From Podarcis gaigeae (Eukaryota), in NCBI GenBank assembly GCA_964106915.2, contig OZ066914.1: a stretch of DNA of 64,000 nt, one strand, 5' to 3'. The notes beneath the pieces are model-generated. The model made no database searches. It had not been told where the DNA came from and worked only from the letters and a program-made list of their open reading frames with translations. Position numbers and translations under genes: made by a program. Positions 23,250 through 36,400 of this stretch are shown in pieces (position 1 is the stretch's first letter; each line of letters starts with the position of its first letter).

Positions 23250-24060
23250 GGTGTACAGGGAATTTCCTTTGACCTCGGTGCTAACATTTCCTCCCTGAGC
23301 TCTCGACGCAAGGGGAGCTTGCAATAGCTCCACTTCGCCTCTTGGAGGCACTCCCGCTCCATCCCAGAGCCCGCTTCAGACAATAGGGAGGGGACCAAAC
23401 GTTCCCCCTCCCATCACTTCCTCGTCATTTCTGGGAACTTTTCTCCCATCATTCTCGGGATTTACTTCGAAGAGCCGTAGGTCATTTTTCGGTCTAAGAT
23501 TTTGGCAACGGGAGAAGAGGGTGCTGGAGCTAGGCACACGGGTTAAGGTAAGGATGCTGGGAAATTTGGGGCAAGGGATTGAGTATCTGTTCTCAGTCAC
23601 ATGGCGTAGGGGGTCGCTTCGGTTTGGACAGGCATCGCTCTAGCCAGCGAAAAAGTCCCAGTCTCCAAAGTTCAGGTCTAATTTTAATTCCCGCGCTAAG
23701 ATTCAGGGGCGGAGGTGGAGTCTGATCTTGAGGGGATCAGTGGCGTAGCGTGGGGGGTGCAGGGGGGGCCGGCCGCACCGGGCGCAACATCTGGGGGTTA
23801 GGGTTAGGGGGCGCAAATCCACGGTTAGGGGGCACAAATTACTTGCCTTGCCCCGGGTGCTGACAACCCACGCTACGCCACTGGAGGGGATCAGTAACTT
23901 CCAGCCCATTTTTGCCTGGAAATAAACCGACTGGCACAAGGACCACCGGCGCCTTGTGTTCGGCTGTGACTTTTCTGACGGACCTACTAAGGGATAAACG
24001 CTACTCTCAAACTCACATCATCGCACGTGCGAGCAGACCCTCTCGGGTCCAGACAGGCCC
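23250..24060 (+). promoter_or_regulatory. CpG-enriched candidate promoter and non-coding first exon of the TMBIM1 paralog
   Basis: Local CpG enrichment; strong donor AAG|GTAAGG at 23547/23548; motifs GGGAATTTCC (NF-kB, 23258-23267), CACTTCCT (ETS, 23415-23422), CGTCA (23423-23427) and TTCTGGGAA (STAT/GAS, 23429-23437). Lies about 3.8 kb upstream of the acceptor at 27378. Confidence 0.5.
23738..23883. mobile_element. Young 146-bp hAT MITE
   Basis: Perfect 17-bp TIRs CAGTGGCGTAGCGTGGG / CCCACGCTACGCCACTG and a perfect 8-bp TSD GAGGGGAT (23730-23737, 23884-23891). Confidence 0.9.
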
Positions 24061-27000
24061 AGGACACTTCCAGCTTCAGAGATCCTTAGCCCATAATAAC
24101 GACAATGCAAAAATATCAAAATAAGGCTCTTAAAAAAGAGTGAGACGTCATTTGATTAAAAAAACAATTAACGCAAGCTTTCCTTTTCTGTGCAAATGCA
24201 CTAATTATTGAGGTGGAAATGTATTTTTTGTGCCATGCCACAGTTGATACTAAGCATGGTGAGTCTGTTTGAATGCTCTTGTTCCATAACGGAGCAGTAA
24301 TGGTTCTTTACCTGCTCCAACATGTTTCATGGAAGCCGCTAATTCAGGCAAACCGGCAAAAGTATGCCATGAAATTGTGCTATTAAGAAATAACATTAAG
24401 ATATGCACCAGAGAGTCGCAAGTTTGAGTATGTCTTGAAGCCATTTCCTTTGAATTGCAATGTTTCAAAGTTTAATGAAGATACTTGTTTGAGGAAGATG
24501 GCCTTGTCAGTGAGGTATTTTGAGGTTTCTTTGATGTACAGTGCTGCTTGCTGTGAATTGCTGCAGAAAGTAGATCTCCATTACTCAAAATGATCGTGGG
24601 TGGAGGAACTCTCCTGTGTGGATGAAACCGTTGCGACTTTGGGGGCTTTTTAGTTTGGAAAAACTGAGTAAGAAGGGACAAGATAGAGTTGTATGAGATT
24701 ATACATGATGTGGAGAAAGTGGATTGAAAGAAGTTTGTCTCCCCCTCTCCTGATACTGGAACTGGGCTGCAAAACTGAATGCTGGAAGTTTTGAGACAGG
24801 TAAAAGAAGGTACGTTCTTCAAACAGCATGTAGTCAAAACGATGGGATTCAATCCCACAAGAGGAAGTGATGGCCACCAACTTGGATGGCTATAAAAGAG
24901 GATTAGACAAAGTCATGGAGGGATAAGTATATCTGTGGAAGCCAGATAACACTAGGTAAGTATGCCTCTGAATACCTGTTTGCTGGAAATCACCTGTTGT
25001 TCCACACACGTGGTTGACCGCCATGAGAACAGGATACAGAACTAGATAGGCACCTGTGTTTCCATGACTTTGATGGGTATAAAATGCAGTGCCAATTTAA
25101 AGCATGTATGTTATTCACATATCATCGTATTCTTGCAGATACATTTATACGTTGTATTAATTGTTCTTAGAAATATTGATAGTCTTAAAAACAGTGATGG
25201 GGGACCATTGGGTTTCCCAATATTGCTGAAGGACAACTCCCATCAGCCCCAGTAAGCATGGCCAATGGCCAGGGATGATGGGAGTTATTGTTCAGCAACA
25301 TCTGAAGGGCTAAAGGTTCCCAACACATTCTCTAAAAGATCTGGAATGTGAATATATAATAAATAGAACTGTCAGGCCCATATCCCCTCTGCCATAGAAC
25401 CAAATGCTGTCAATTTGGCAGATTGACAGAGGCTATTAGGGGTCAGCCCAAACAAAAATTTCAAAAAGAATGAGAAAATATAAAGGATACCTTAAAAAGG
25501 AGTGCCCTCAAATTAATACTTGGACTTGTTTCAATTAACTTCTGCAAAATAAATTATGGCCTTTAAGTTAAAAAACAGAAAGAAAAAAGCAGTGATAACG
25601 AAATAAGGAGACAGTTTACAAAAAATGAAAAGAGAACCATGTTGAGGATGAAGGAAGTTAATTGGAAGAAAAGAAGAACTGAAACATGGTATATATATTG
25701 TTAATTATTTGTTCAAGCTGTCCATCAACCTGTCCAGTAAAGTTAGTGAGGAAATGGGGGGCGGGGGAAAGAACCAAATGCTGTTCCATTTAGCCAGTAT
25801 GCTGTTCAGATGTTGGTGGGTGGTAGTGTATTAAGATTACAATAATATATGTATGTATTCTGAGAATACTTGCATTCAGAAGTGACAGACCCCTAAAGAA
25901 AAAAGGGGGTCATGACTAACCAATAGCAGACAGTCCTTCCCCCACTTAACCACAGAGTTTGTTTTGCTCAGGGTTGCGCTTCCTGTGAGAACTCACAGTG
26001 TGAGGATTTTTTAAATATATGGAACTGCTTTTAAATGAGCAGGTGATAGTGGTGGCCAGGATTGCCTTTCCCCTCAGTTTAGGTGGCTATATCCACCATA
26101 TGCCCTTCCTTCAATAGGTCTCATTGAGCAGCAACATTGAGTCATGCCTTAGTGACAGCCAGATCACACTCTTCATGGGGCTATTTTTGAAGAGTTCAGA
26201 ATCTGGCTGCTGGGAGACGGAGATGGGTTGCAGAGGGTCAGTCCTGAAACAAGGATGGTTAGTTTCAGGGTCCAGTTCAGAATGTCTCCCCCACCCCCCT
26301 TTTCATTGCAATGTTCCATTTATTAAAAATATACACCTCTTTGAAGAAACACTGCAAATCAGGCAGCTAGTGTCGTGATAGATACTTTCAGCTATGTCAG
26401 GTGTGGGGAACTTTTGGCTCTCCAGATATTGCTGAACCACAACTCCCACCAGCCCCAGCAAGCATGGTCAATAGCCAGGGATGATGGGCATTGTCATTCA
26501 GCAACATCATCTAGAGAGGGCTGAAGGTTCCCCACACCCAAGCTATGTCATGGAGTGCAGACACCTTTCCTCCATGGCCCTAGAAGACAAGGCAACAGGC
26601 TATGGGGAAATAACAGGAGTTTGAACCTACAGATAGGCTACCTCAGAGACCATTTTTCTTATGCATAGGCCAGTTCTTAAGAACGTGCTTTGCAGCTCCA
26701 GCTGAGCAGAAGTAGGTGGCAGCCCCTTGTCCAAATTCCCACCACCAGGAACTCATGCATTATAGAAACTCCCTCATCTTTGTTCTTTATGGTCCTGCCT
26801 TTACAGCCTCCTGAAGGTCAATATCTCTGGAGTAAACAGTCGCTCTGGCAGTGTTAGAAACTCAAATGGCTCTTTAAACCAGGGCTACAGTTGCCGAAAC
26901 AAAATGCCTAGTTGTCATTTGGGGGCCATATGGCTTGGAAGTTGTATTTTCCAACATGACTTTTTGGTTTTCTAAATTCAAATATAATGGATAGAATTCT

Positions 27001-27406
27001 ACAGGATGTGATGCTCATGGGTGAAAACAGTCAAGATCCAAGGATCCCTAGGCATGCAGCTCCAGATGGTGGAGACATCAAACACCATCCTGGCACTTGG
27101 GCATCTTCACTTGGTTGCAAGTAGCTGATAGCCAGGAGCAAAATTCCCCTGGTACCTGGTGAATTTTGAATGCTGCATTCTGGATCCAACACCTTTTCCC
27201 TTATGGTTTATGCTTGGCACACCTTGCTGGGCTCCTTTGGCCTGGTATGTTCAGAACCAGCAGTTCAGAGAAGGGGTGCTGCCTCAGGGAAGGGCATGTT
27301 GTATTTTGCACCCTGTATTTTATGTTTGTTTTCACTCTCCAAGTGATAATGAGGGTTTATCTCCTTGGTTTTTTCCAGGTGCTGTGCTAAGCCTCCCTGA
27401 GACATC

Positions 27407-30400
27407 ATGGCAGAGCAGAGTCCACCTCCCTATGATGGCAAGAAAACTGGAGCTGTAGGTGCGAGAGCATACTTTGACTCACCTGGTTAAAAGCAGAGAT
27501 TCTGCAAGAAAGGTGGCAGAGGGGTGAGGGGCAAGAATATTGCAAATTGCTGGGGGACAGGAGAATCTCCACAAACAGGGAGGAAAGTTGAGAACTGGTA
27601 TGAGGAGAGGCGCCAGGTACTAGGCAAGCCAAGAACCAAAATAGATGGGATGTTAAATGCATGGTTAATATATTTCTTAAACTACAAACAGTTGCCACTG
27701 GTGGGGGCTACCAGCAACTATTGGGATGGCAGTGGGTATTGATGGATAATATAGTGCCATGTTAAAGGTCCTGTTGAACCACTGTTTGAATTCTACTTCA
27801 TGCTAAGTGTGGAAAAGCAATGCTTCAGCAGCGTCTATGGGCCCTAGGGTGGAATCTGTACCATCCAAATCTTGTGGCTTTGAAATTTACATTAACAAAT
27901 GTTGCTGTTTGTCATCAGATACAACAGATTTGGAGTGTCTCGCAGAGGAAGATGGGGGTTTTCGCATTGCTTGTTGGGTTGACAAGAATGTCCGGCAAAC
28001 TTTCATTCGCAAGGTAAGTCTGAAGGCACTTTGAGGGAGAGGGAGAAGGCATATATGATAGGGTCAAGGTGCTCTAGTACACAATTCAGCAACAGTCACC
28101 ATTCATGTGAATCTGATCTTGCTACTGGGTTATCTTGGCATCTGTAAATTGCAACATGCTTGTTTGCATTTATATATACATATGCAGATGCTCACATCTT
28201 GTTTGTCTTCATGACCAGGTCTACAGCATCATCACCCTTCAGCTGTTGGTGACTGTGGGCATCGTTGCACTCTTCACTTTTTCGTAAGTTTTCTGGTGCT
28301 TTGCTAGAACTCTGGAGGGGTTCTGGGACTCTAAAGGTAGGGGTTATCAGAATGAACCAGTTCTACCCCACTATTCTGACATCTGGTTATTTCTGTTCCC
28401 ATTTAGCTGCATTTGGAAATTCACATTCTAGATTGTAGAAGATGAAATTCTGTACCTGTGCCATTTCCCTAAAATCAGAAAAAAAGTATTTTATGTTGAT
28501 TTGTTTTTAATTTATTTATTTTTTAATCTGTCCTGCAATTTTAAAGTGGTGAAATTATTCAAATATCTGCCTCTCTATCATTTGGGCTTGTTTTGTGGAA
28601 CTTTTTTCTAGATGGGAGGGGATACTTTATTTTGTGACTTTGGCTTTTCTCAAAATCTTTAATAAAGAGATATTTGAATGGGTTCTTTCCCCCTTTTTCT
28701 TTTTGCCCATTAAAAAAAACATGCAAAATTATGCAATGAAAGAATTTCACCAGTGCATCGTTTCTCCATTGTTATAATTTTGTCTTTTAAATGGAAAACA
28801 TAAATTTAAAAACCTTGTCCTTTCAAAGTTTCATCATTTTCACTACGGAAAAATGGCAAAATGCTCCTCCAAAGTCCAGCTGGATTCTGCCCACAATGTT
28901 CTGATCCAGAAACTATTCTGGCAGTACAGAACTGCAAGAACCAGGGCAGGTATCTCATCTTGTGCTCTCTTCCTTCTCCACAGACACCCTGTGAGCCATT
29001 ATGTGCAAAGGAATATTGCCCTGTACTATGTATCTTAGTAAGTATCACTCCCTATACAGATGCAGAGCCAAATTCCGCTCTTGACCTGTTGCCAAGACAG
29101 ATTGCTCTACTGGCCAGCTAAGCTGCTTCATGTCAGATTCTCTCACCCTGTCTCTCCTGTAACTTCCATCACTACCATTTCATAACAGCACAATGGCTGT
29201 GTTGTGCAGGGGGCCTCTGGGGAATAAGTTGCACATGGTGTCCTTCCCTAGAGGAAACCTGCCTTCTTCATCCATAGTTTCCTGATGAAACGTTGACATC
29301 TGATTTTACTGGTAATTTTAATGCGCTTTTTATATTTTATGTAAAATGCTGTTGAAGTATATAAATTCTATTAAATTAAATAACAGACATGCATAGTCAA
29401 TTGATGGGAGGGATATTATTTTTGTATGGAGGCTATTTTCCTTCATGGTTCAAGAAGGGCTTGAGGGAGCTCCTACATTTGGAAAGCTGTTTATTTATTA
29501 GAGTTGCCAGCTAGTTTTAAATAAGTCATCTCGCTCTCTCTCTTTTTCATCCCTAGTGCTGTATTCTTGATCTGCTACCTTGTGCTGGTCTTGTGTAGAA
29601 GCATCCAGTACGTATCTGTTGACGACATTTGTGATCACACAAAAAACCGAGTTTCAACATTTGCTGGGACTCATAAGGAGGGGACAACGACAGAAGATGG
29701 ACCTGTCAAAGGAGTTAGCATTTTGACAATGGCTTTGGATATAAATTGCCTTGGTATTTTACTTGGCCAGCTCTCTGGTACAGTGGCTTCACTTCTGTCC
29801 ATAGGGCCAGTTCAGAGAGAGAACTACTGGCTGACTCAGTTCCCTGTCAGTTGTGCTGTGGGGTACTACAGGGAACTTGTATTTTCCCCAAATTAACATC
29901 TCCATAAAGCCGCTGGGAGCAGCCATTAGGACAGGGGTCAGTAAACTTTTTCAGCAGGGGGCCGGTCCACTGTCCCTCAGACCTTGTGGGGGGCCGGACT
30001 ATTTTTTTTTTTGGGGGGGGAATGAACAAATTCCTATGCCCCACAAATAACCCTGAGATGCATTTTAAATAAAAGCCATATTCTACTCATGTAAAAACAC
30101 CAGACAGGCCCCACAAATAACCCAGAGATGCATTTTAAATAAAAGCACATATTCTACTCATGTAAAAACACGCTGATTCCCAGACTGTCCGCAGGCCGGA
30201 TTTAGAAGGTGATTGGGCTGGATCCAGCCCCCGGGCCTTAGTTTGCCTACCCATGCATTAGGAGATTTGAAGTGCAGTGTCATCAGTATGTTGAATTCTC
30301 TCAGAAGGCTCCTTTTCTTGAGGTGAGACCGCCTGCACGTACTCTCTGACTCTCTTGCCGGTGTCTTTCAGGAGGCGCTTCCCATGGAACATAATCCTCA

Positions 30401-33400
30401 TGACTATCTTTGTAAGTACAGTTTTTTGTGTGGTTTGCATTCGAATGATGCAAAATCTCTATTGGGGGGAGATGGTGGAAGAAGGGTCTAAGATGAAGTG
30501 TAGGGCAATGCATTTGACTCGCCACAAATTTTCAAGCAAAATAAATTGTCCAAATTGGTTTAGTATGTAAAAAATAAATACTTGCAATTCTATCCCCTTT
30601 TCATAAATTCAGAACACCTTTGTATATCAAATATTGGGATCAACTAACTAGCCTTGCTAGTGGAAGTGGGCTTTCCCCCTTTTCTTCTCCCTACACCCCC
30701 AAAATTGACTTTGGGTGTGTATGAGAGAAGCCACAGAAAAGTATGTAGGGAAAAGTGGGGTGGGGGTGGGTTGTTCCATCTGGTGAGGTGAAAAGCTTGT
30801 GCTGACTGGATGATTGCCATAGTGCTAGGAAAAGGGCCAGCACAGAGTAGCAGATAAAGTATTTCTGTTATGTAAATAATGGAAGAAGCCGAAACTATTT
30901 GTCCTGATGTGTAACTAGGGGGTCAAAGGATGCTGTAGGTCAGAAGTGGGGAACCTGTGACCCTCCAGATGTTGTTGGACTCCAACTCCCATATGTCCCA
31001 GCCATGATGGTCAGTGGCCACAGATTACGGAATCTGTTAGATCTGGAAGGCCACATTTTCACCATCTCTAGTGCAGATGGTGCTCTGTTAATTTTTGTTT
31101 TGTTTTCTGATTTTCCCTAGACCATGTCCACGGCATTCATGACTGGCACAATCGCAAGGTACTGTGCAAAGTGGTAAATGGAAGTGATACAGTAGAGGCC
31201 TACACAGTGGGAAGCTGTTTCTGAGCTGGATTTAGAAAATGTCTCCAAATAGGTCATATCCCCAGACGCTACTGCACATCCCTTTTCACCCCTCTGCATG
31301 GAACTCATTTCTATGGTTGTGGCTGCAAAAAAATTAAATTAAATTAAATTAAAAATTGCATAGCAAAAGTGTGGAAATAATTTAACATCCTGACAGAATG
31401 TGAAAAGTTCAGCAGGTGGAAAGTACAGGAGGTAGTAGTGAGGGAAACAATAGCCAATAATGCAAAATTAAGTCTGCAATCCTAAACAAACCTAGAATTA
31501 TGGGTGCTTGGAGTTGAACTGACCAAAGGTCATCTACTCCAACTTCCTGCTTATGCAGGCAGTCTGCTGCCACAGCTTCCCTGGGAGATGGCTGTCCAGC
31601 CTCTCCTTTAAAAAAAACCAACACCCCCCCCTTACTAGATTCTTTAATTGCTACTGGGGAAATTCCACTGAACATAGTGGAGCTTATTTCTGAGTAAACA
31701 TCCCTAGGATTGCACTGTGAGAGAAGCAAACAATCAAGTGGATTCTTGATGAAATAAGGAAGCAGAAGGGTCTTGGCTCAATGATAGAGACCTGTTCTGC
31801 GTGCAGATGCTCCCAGCTTCAATTCCTAGGGCTGAGAGAAACCTGCCTGAAACCTTCGAGAGCTGCTGCCAGTCAGTGTAGGCATAACTGAGCTGGATGA
31901 ACTGAAAGGTTGACTTGGCATAATGCAGCTTCCTATTTTCCTATGTTTGCACCAGCAAAATCATGTGGCTGGAGCATTGGATACAACCCCTCAAGTTTGA
32001 AAAGTTGTTGTTGTTTAGTCGTTTAGTTGTGTCCGACTCTTCGTGACCCCATGGACCAGAGCACGCCAGGCACTTCTGTCTTCCATTGCCTCCCGCAGTT
32101 TGGTCAGACTCATGTTTGTAGCTTCGAAGACACTATCCAACCATCTCGTCCTCTGTCATCCCCTTCTCCTTGTGCCCTCCACCTTTCCCAACATCAGGGT
32201 CTTTTCCAGGGAGTCTTCTCATGAGGTGGCCAAAGTATTGGAGCCTCAGCTTCATGATCCAGTGAGCACTCAGGGCTGATTTCCTTCAGAATGGATAGGT
32301 TTGATCTTCTTGCAGTCCATGGGACTCTCAAGAGTCTCATCCAGCACCATAATTCAAAAGCATCAATTCTTCAGCGATCAGCCTTCTTTATGGTCCAGCT
32401 CTCACTTCCATACATCACTACTGGGAAAACCATAGCTTTTACTATACGGACCTTTGTTGGCAAGGTGATGTCTCTACTTTTTAAGATGCTGTCTAGGTTG
32501 GTCATTGCTTTCCTCCCAAGAAGCAGGCGTCTCTTAACCATCTGCAGTGATCATGGAGCCCAAGAAAGTAAAATCTCTCACTGCCTCCATTTCTTCTCCT
32601 TCTATTTGCCAGGAGGTGATGGGACCAGTGGCCATGATCTTCGGTTTTTTGATGTTGAGCTTCAGACCATATTTTGCGCTCTCCTCTTTCACCCTCAATA
32701 AAAGGTTCTTTAATTCCTCCTCACTTTCTGCCATCAAGGTTGTGTCATTTGCATATCTGAGGTTGTTGATATTTCTTCCAGCAATCTTAATTCCGGCTAG
32801 GGATTCATCCAGCCCAGCCTTTCACATGATGAATTCTGCATATAAGTTAAATAACCAGGGAGACAATATATAGCCTTGTCGTACTCCTTTCCCAATTTTG
32901 AACCGATCAGTTGTTCCATATCCAGTTCTAACTGTAGCTTCTTGTCCCACATAGAGATTTCTCAGGAGACAGATGAGGTGATCAGGCACTCCCATTTCTT
33001 TAAGAACTTGCCATAGTTTGCTGTGGTCGACACAGTCAAAGGCTTTTGCATAGTCAATGAAGCAGAAGTAGATGTCTTTCTGGAACTCTCTAGCTTTCTC
33101 CATAATCCAGCGCATGTTTGCAATTTGGTCTCTGGTTCCTCTGCCTCTTCGAAATCCAGTTTGCACTTCTGGGAGTTCTTGGTCCACATACTGCTTGAGC
33201 CTTCCTTGTAGAATTTTAAGCATAACCTTGCTAGCGTGTGAAATGAGTGCAATTGTGCGGTAGTTGGAGCATTCTTTAGCACTGCCCTTCTTTGGGATTG
33301 GGATGTAGACTGATCTTCTCCAATCCTCTGGCCACTGCTGAGTTTTCCAAACTTGCTGGCATATTGAGTGTAGCACCTTAACAGCATCATCTTTTAAAAT

Positions 33401-36400
33401 TTTAAATAGTTCAGCTGGAATACCATCACTTCCACTGGCCGTGTTATTTGCAGTGCTTTCTAAGGCCCATTTGACTTCACTCTCCAGGATGTTTGGCTCA
33501 AGGTCAGCAACCCCACTACCTGGGGTGTACGAGACATCCATATCTTTCTGGTATAATTCCTCTGTGTATTTTTGCCACCTCTTCTTGATGTCTTCTGCTT
33601 CTGTTAGGTCCTTACCACTTTTGTCCTTTATTATGGCAATCTTTGAACGAAATGTTCCTTTCATATCTCCAATTTTCTTGAACAGATCTCTGGTTCTTCC
33701 CATTCTGTTGTTTCCCTCTATTTCTTTGCATTGCTCGTTTAAGAAGGCCTTCTTATCTCTCCTTGCTATTTTTTGGAAATCTGCATTCAGTTTCCTGTAT
33801 CTTTATCTCCCTCGCATTTTGCTTGCCTTCTCTCCCCCGCTATTTGTAAGGCCTCATTGGACAGCCACTTTGCTTTCTTGCATTTCCTTTTCATTGGGAT
33901 GGTTTTCGTTGCTGCCTCCTATATAATGTTGCGAGCCTCCATCCATAGTTCTTCAGGCACTCTGTCTAGCAAATCTAAATCCTTAAACCTGTTCCTCACT
34001 TCCACTGTGTATTCATAAGGGATTTGATTTAGATTGTATCTTACCGGCCCAGCGGTTCAGTGCATAAACTTGGATTACTGTTATGTTAAAAGGTCTGCCT
34101 TGGATTCGTATCGAGATCATTCTATCATTTTTGAGATTGCATCCCAGTACTGCTTTCGCCACTCTTTTGTTGACTATGAGGGCCACTCCATTTCTTTTGC
34201 GGGTTTCTTGCCCACGGTAGTAGATATGATGGTCATCCGAACTGAATTCGCCCATTCCCGTCCATTTTAGTTCACTGGTGTCCAGGATGTCAATATTTAT
34301 TCTTGCCATCTCATTTTTGACCACATCCAACTTACCAAGGTTCATGGTTCTTACATTCCAGGTTCCTATGCAATATTTTTCTTTACAGCATTGGACTTTC
34401 CTTTCGCTTCCAGGCATATCCGCAACTGAACGTCCTTTCGGCTTTGGCCCAGCCGCTTCATCAGCTCTGAATCTACTTGTACTTGTCCTCCGCTCTTCCC
34501 CAGTAGCATGTTGGATGCCTTCCGACCTGAGGGGCTCATCTTCCAGCGTCATAACTTTTATATGCCTGTTGTCTTTGTCCATGGAGTTTTCTTGGCAGGG
34601 ATACTGGAGTGGCTTGCCGGTTCCTCCTCCAGGTGGATCACGTTTGGTCAAAACTCTCCACTATGACCGTTTGAAAAGTACCTTGTGCCTAATTTTGTTG
34701 TTGTTGTTGCATTATAATAAAATTATTTTAACAAAAATGTATGATTTATTTTTTTTACCTTTTTGTTACCAGCGTGTATGATACCAAGACTGTAGTCATT
34801 GCCATGATCATCACAGCAGTTGTAACCATCACTGTCACTGTTTTCTCCTTTCAGACAAAGGTGAGAAAGCCCGTTTTTTTCCAGTACAGTTAGCAGGCTT
34901 AGGAAGGGTGATTACCCTGTGGTGGAAATGGTGACTTAGCTAAACATGTTTGGATCCCACCCTTACAATACAAGGCCCTTGTCATAAACAAGAAATTCCT
35001 TGTCATGGTGTTATGTACACCTGGCCTGTCATTACGACATGCAGCCCTCCATTTCATGAGTTAGGCGAGACAGCCACCCTTCTCTTTTGTATGCTCCCAT
35101 GAGCTGATCTTTCGGGGGGGGGGGGACACCATAGATATAATAATGCAGGCTAATGGCTGCAATTGTGACTACCCCTCCATTAAAAAATGGTATATGCAGG
35201 TAGAAAACTGGTTCCAGCCTGGCGAGCTCTAAACTAGAGGCCTTCCTTTTCCTCACACACTGGATTTACATGGATAGGAACATGGAAACACTCAATACAA
35301 AGTAGTTGTCTCCCAGGGTGCTTATGCGGTTCTTGCTGTTTGCCTTAAACTTTCACATCAGCTGTATATTGTAGACCCTCTTTGTGTGTAGTTTCAGAAC
35401 TGCACAGGCAATATTTTATCTCATTAAAATAAATTGATTGTAAAAACCTGGTTACATGGCTTGGTGGGGGCAGAAAGGGATGGAGGAGAGAGTGTTGTTG
35501 TTCTCAGTTCCTTCTTTTGGGTTTCCCACAGGCATCTGATTGGCCACTGTGAGAAGAGGATGCTGGACTATATGGGCATTTGGCCGGATCCTGTTCTTAA
35601 GTCCCCCCCAGGCATCTGGGAGCAAATTAGTAGGCTTCCGCCATGTGTATGTAACACACTAAAATCAGAAAAGAATTACTTTCTCTTGCTTTCCTGTCTG
35701 TCGTGCTAAAAAAAAAAGCCCCCACAGTTCCTCTGTTTACTGATTTGAGAGGAACTCCATCATACCTAGTGGGGCTTCTGAACAGACTTGCAGAGAATTG
35801 GGAATTCTAATCTGAGGTAGCCATGGCTGAAAGTGGAAAGTGGACAGTTTTTATGTCAGGTTAGTTAATCCAGGACACTGTTGTCTTTGGCTCTGCCCAC
35901 CTGTTGCCCTCAGTACAAAAATGGTTGCCCACCCGTGACGGAGGACTTCATAACTGAATACATTTGGGCAGTAATACTTCCAGAGGTAATAAGGTATTTT
36001 TGTCACTTCCTCCGTTGACAGGTGGATCTCACAACCTGGCGTGGTTTCTTCTGTATCATGGCCATTGTCTTCATGGTGACTGGCATTGCCACTGCCATTG
36101 TCCTGAGCTGCAAATACGTAAGTGGCTGGGGAACTTGCTAGCCTATGGGATCAGCAATACAACAAAGCTTCCAGTGGCAAAGCAATCCCAGTTGATATGT
36201 GTGTGTGTGTTCGGTGGGGGCTGCTGCATTGTTTCAGGAGGCTTTGAGCAATGGCTGCCCTTGCCCAATCTCTCACTTTCCTGAAAGAGTTCATTCCCTT
36301 CCTTTGGACCAAGGCCTGTTTAGAAGTTCAGCTTTATTCCCTTTGCCTGCTGCCTTAAGCATCCCTTCAGTATGCAATATGTTCTCCATGGGAATATTTT

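Noticed and set aside
23786-23832. TTAGGG units as an interstitial telomere
   Set aside because: Only 2-3 units, all internal to a MITE.
30038-30172. Direct repeat pair that might suggest a CRISPR-like or regulatory array
   Set aside because: Only two adjacent units, inside a TSD-flanked hAT MITE; a simple internal duplication.
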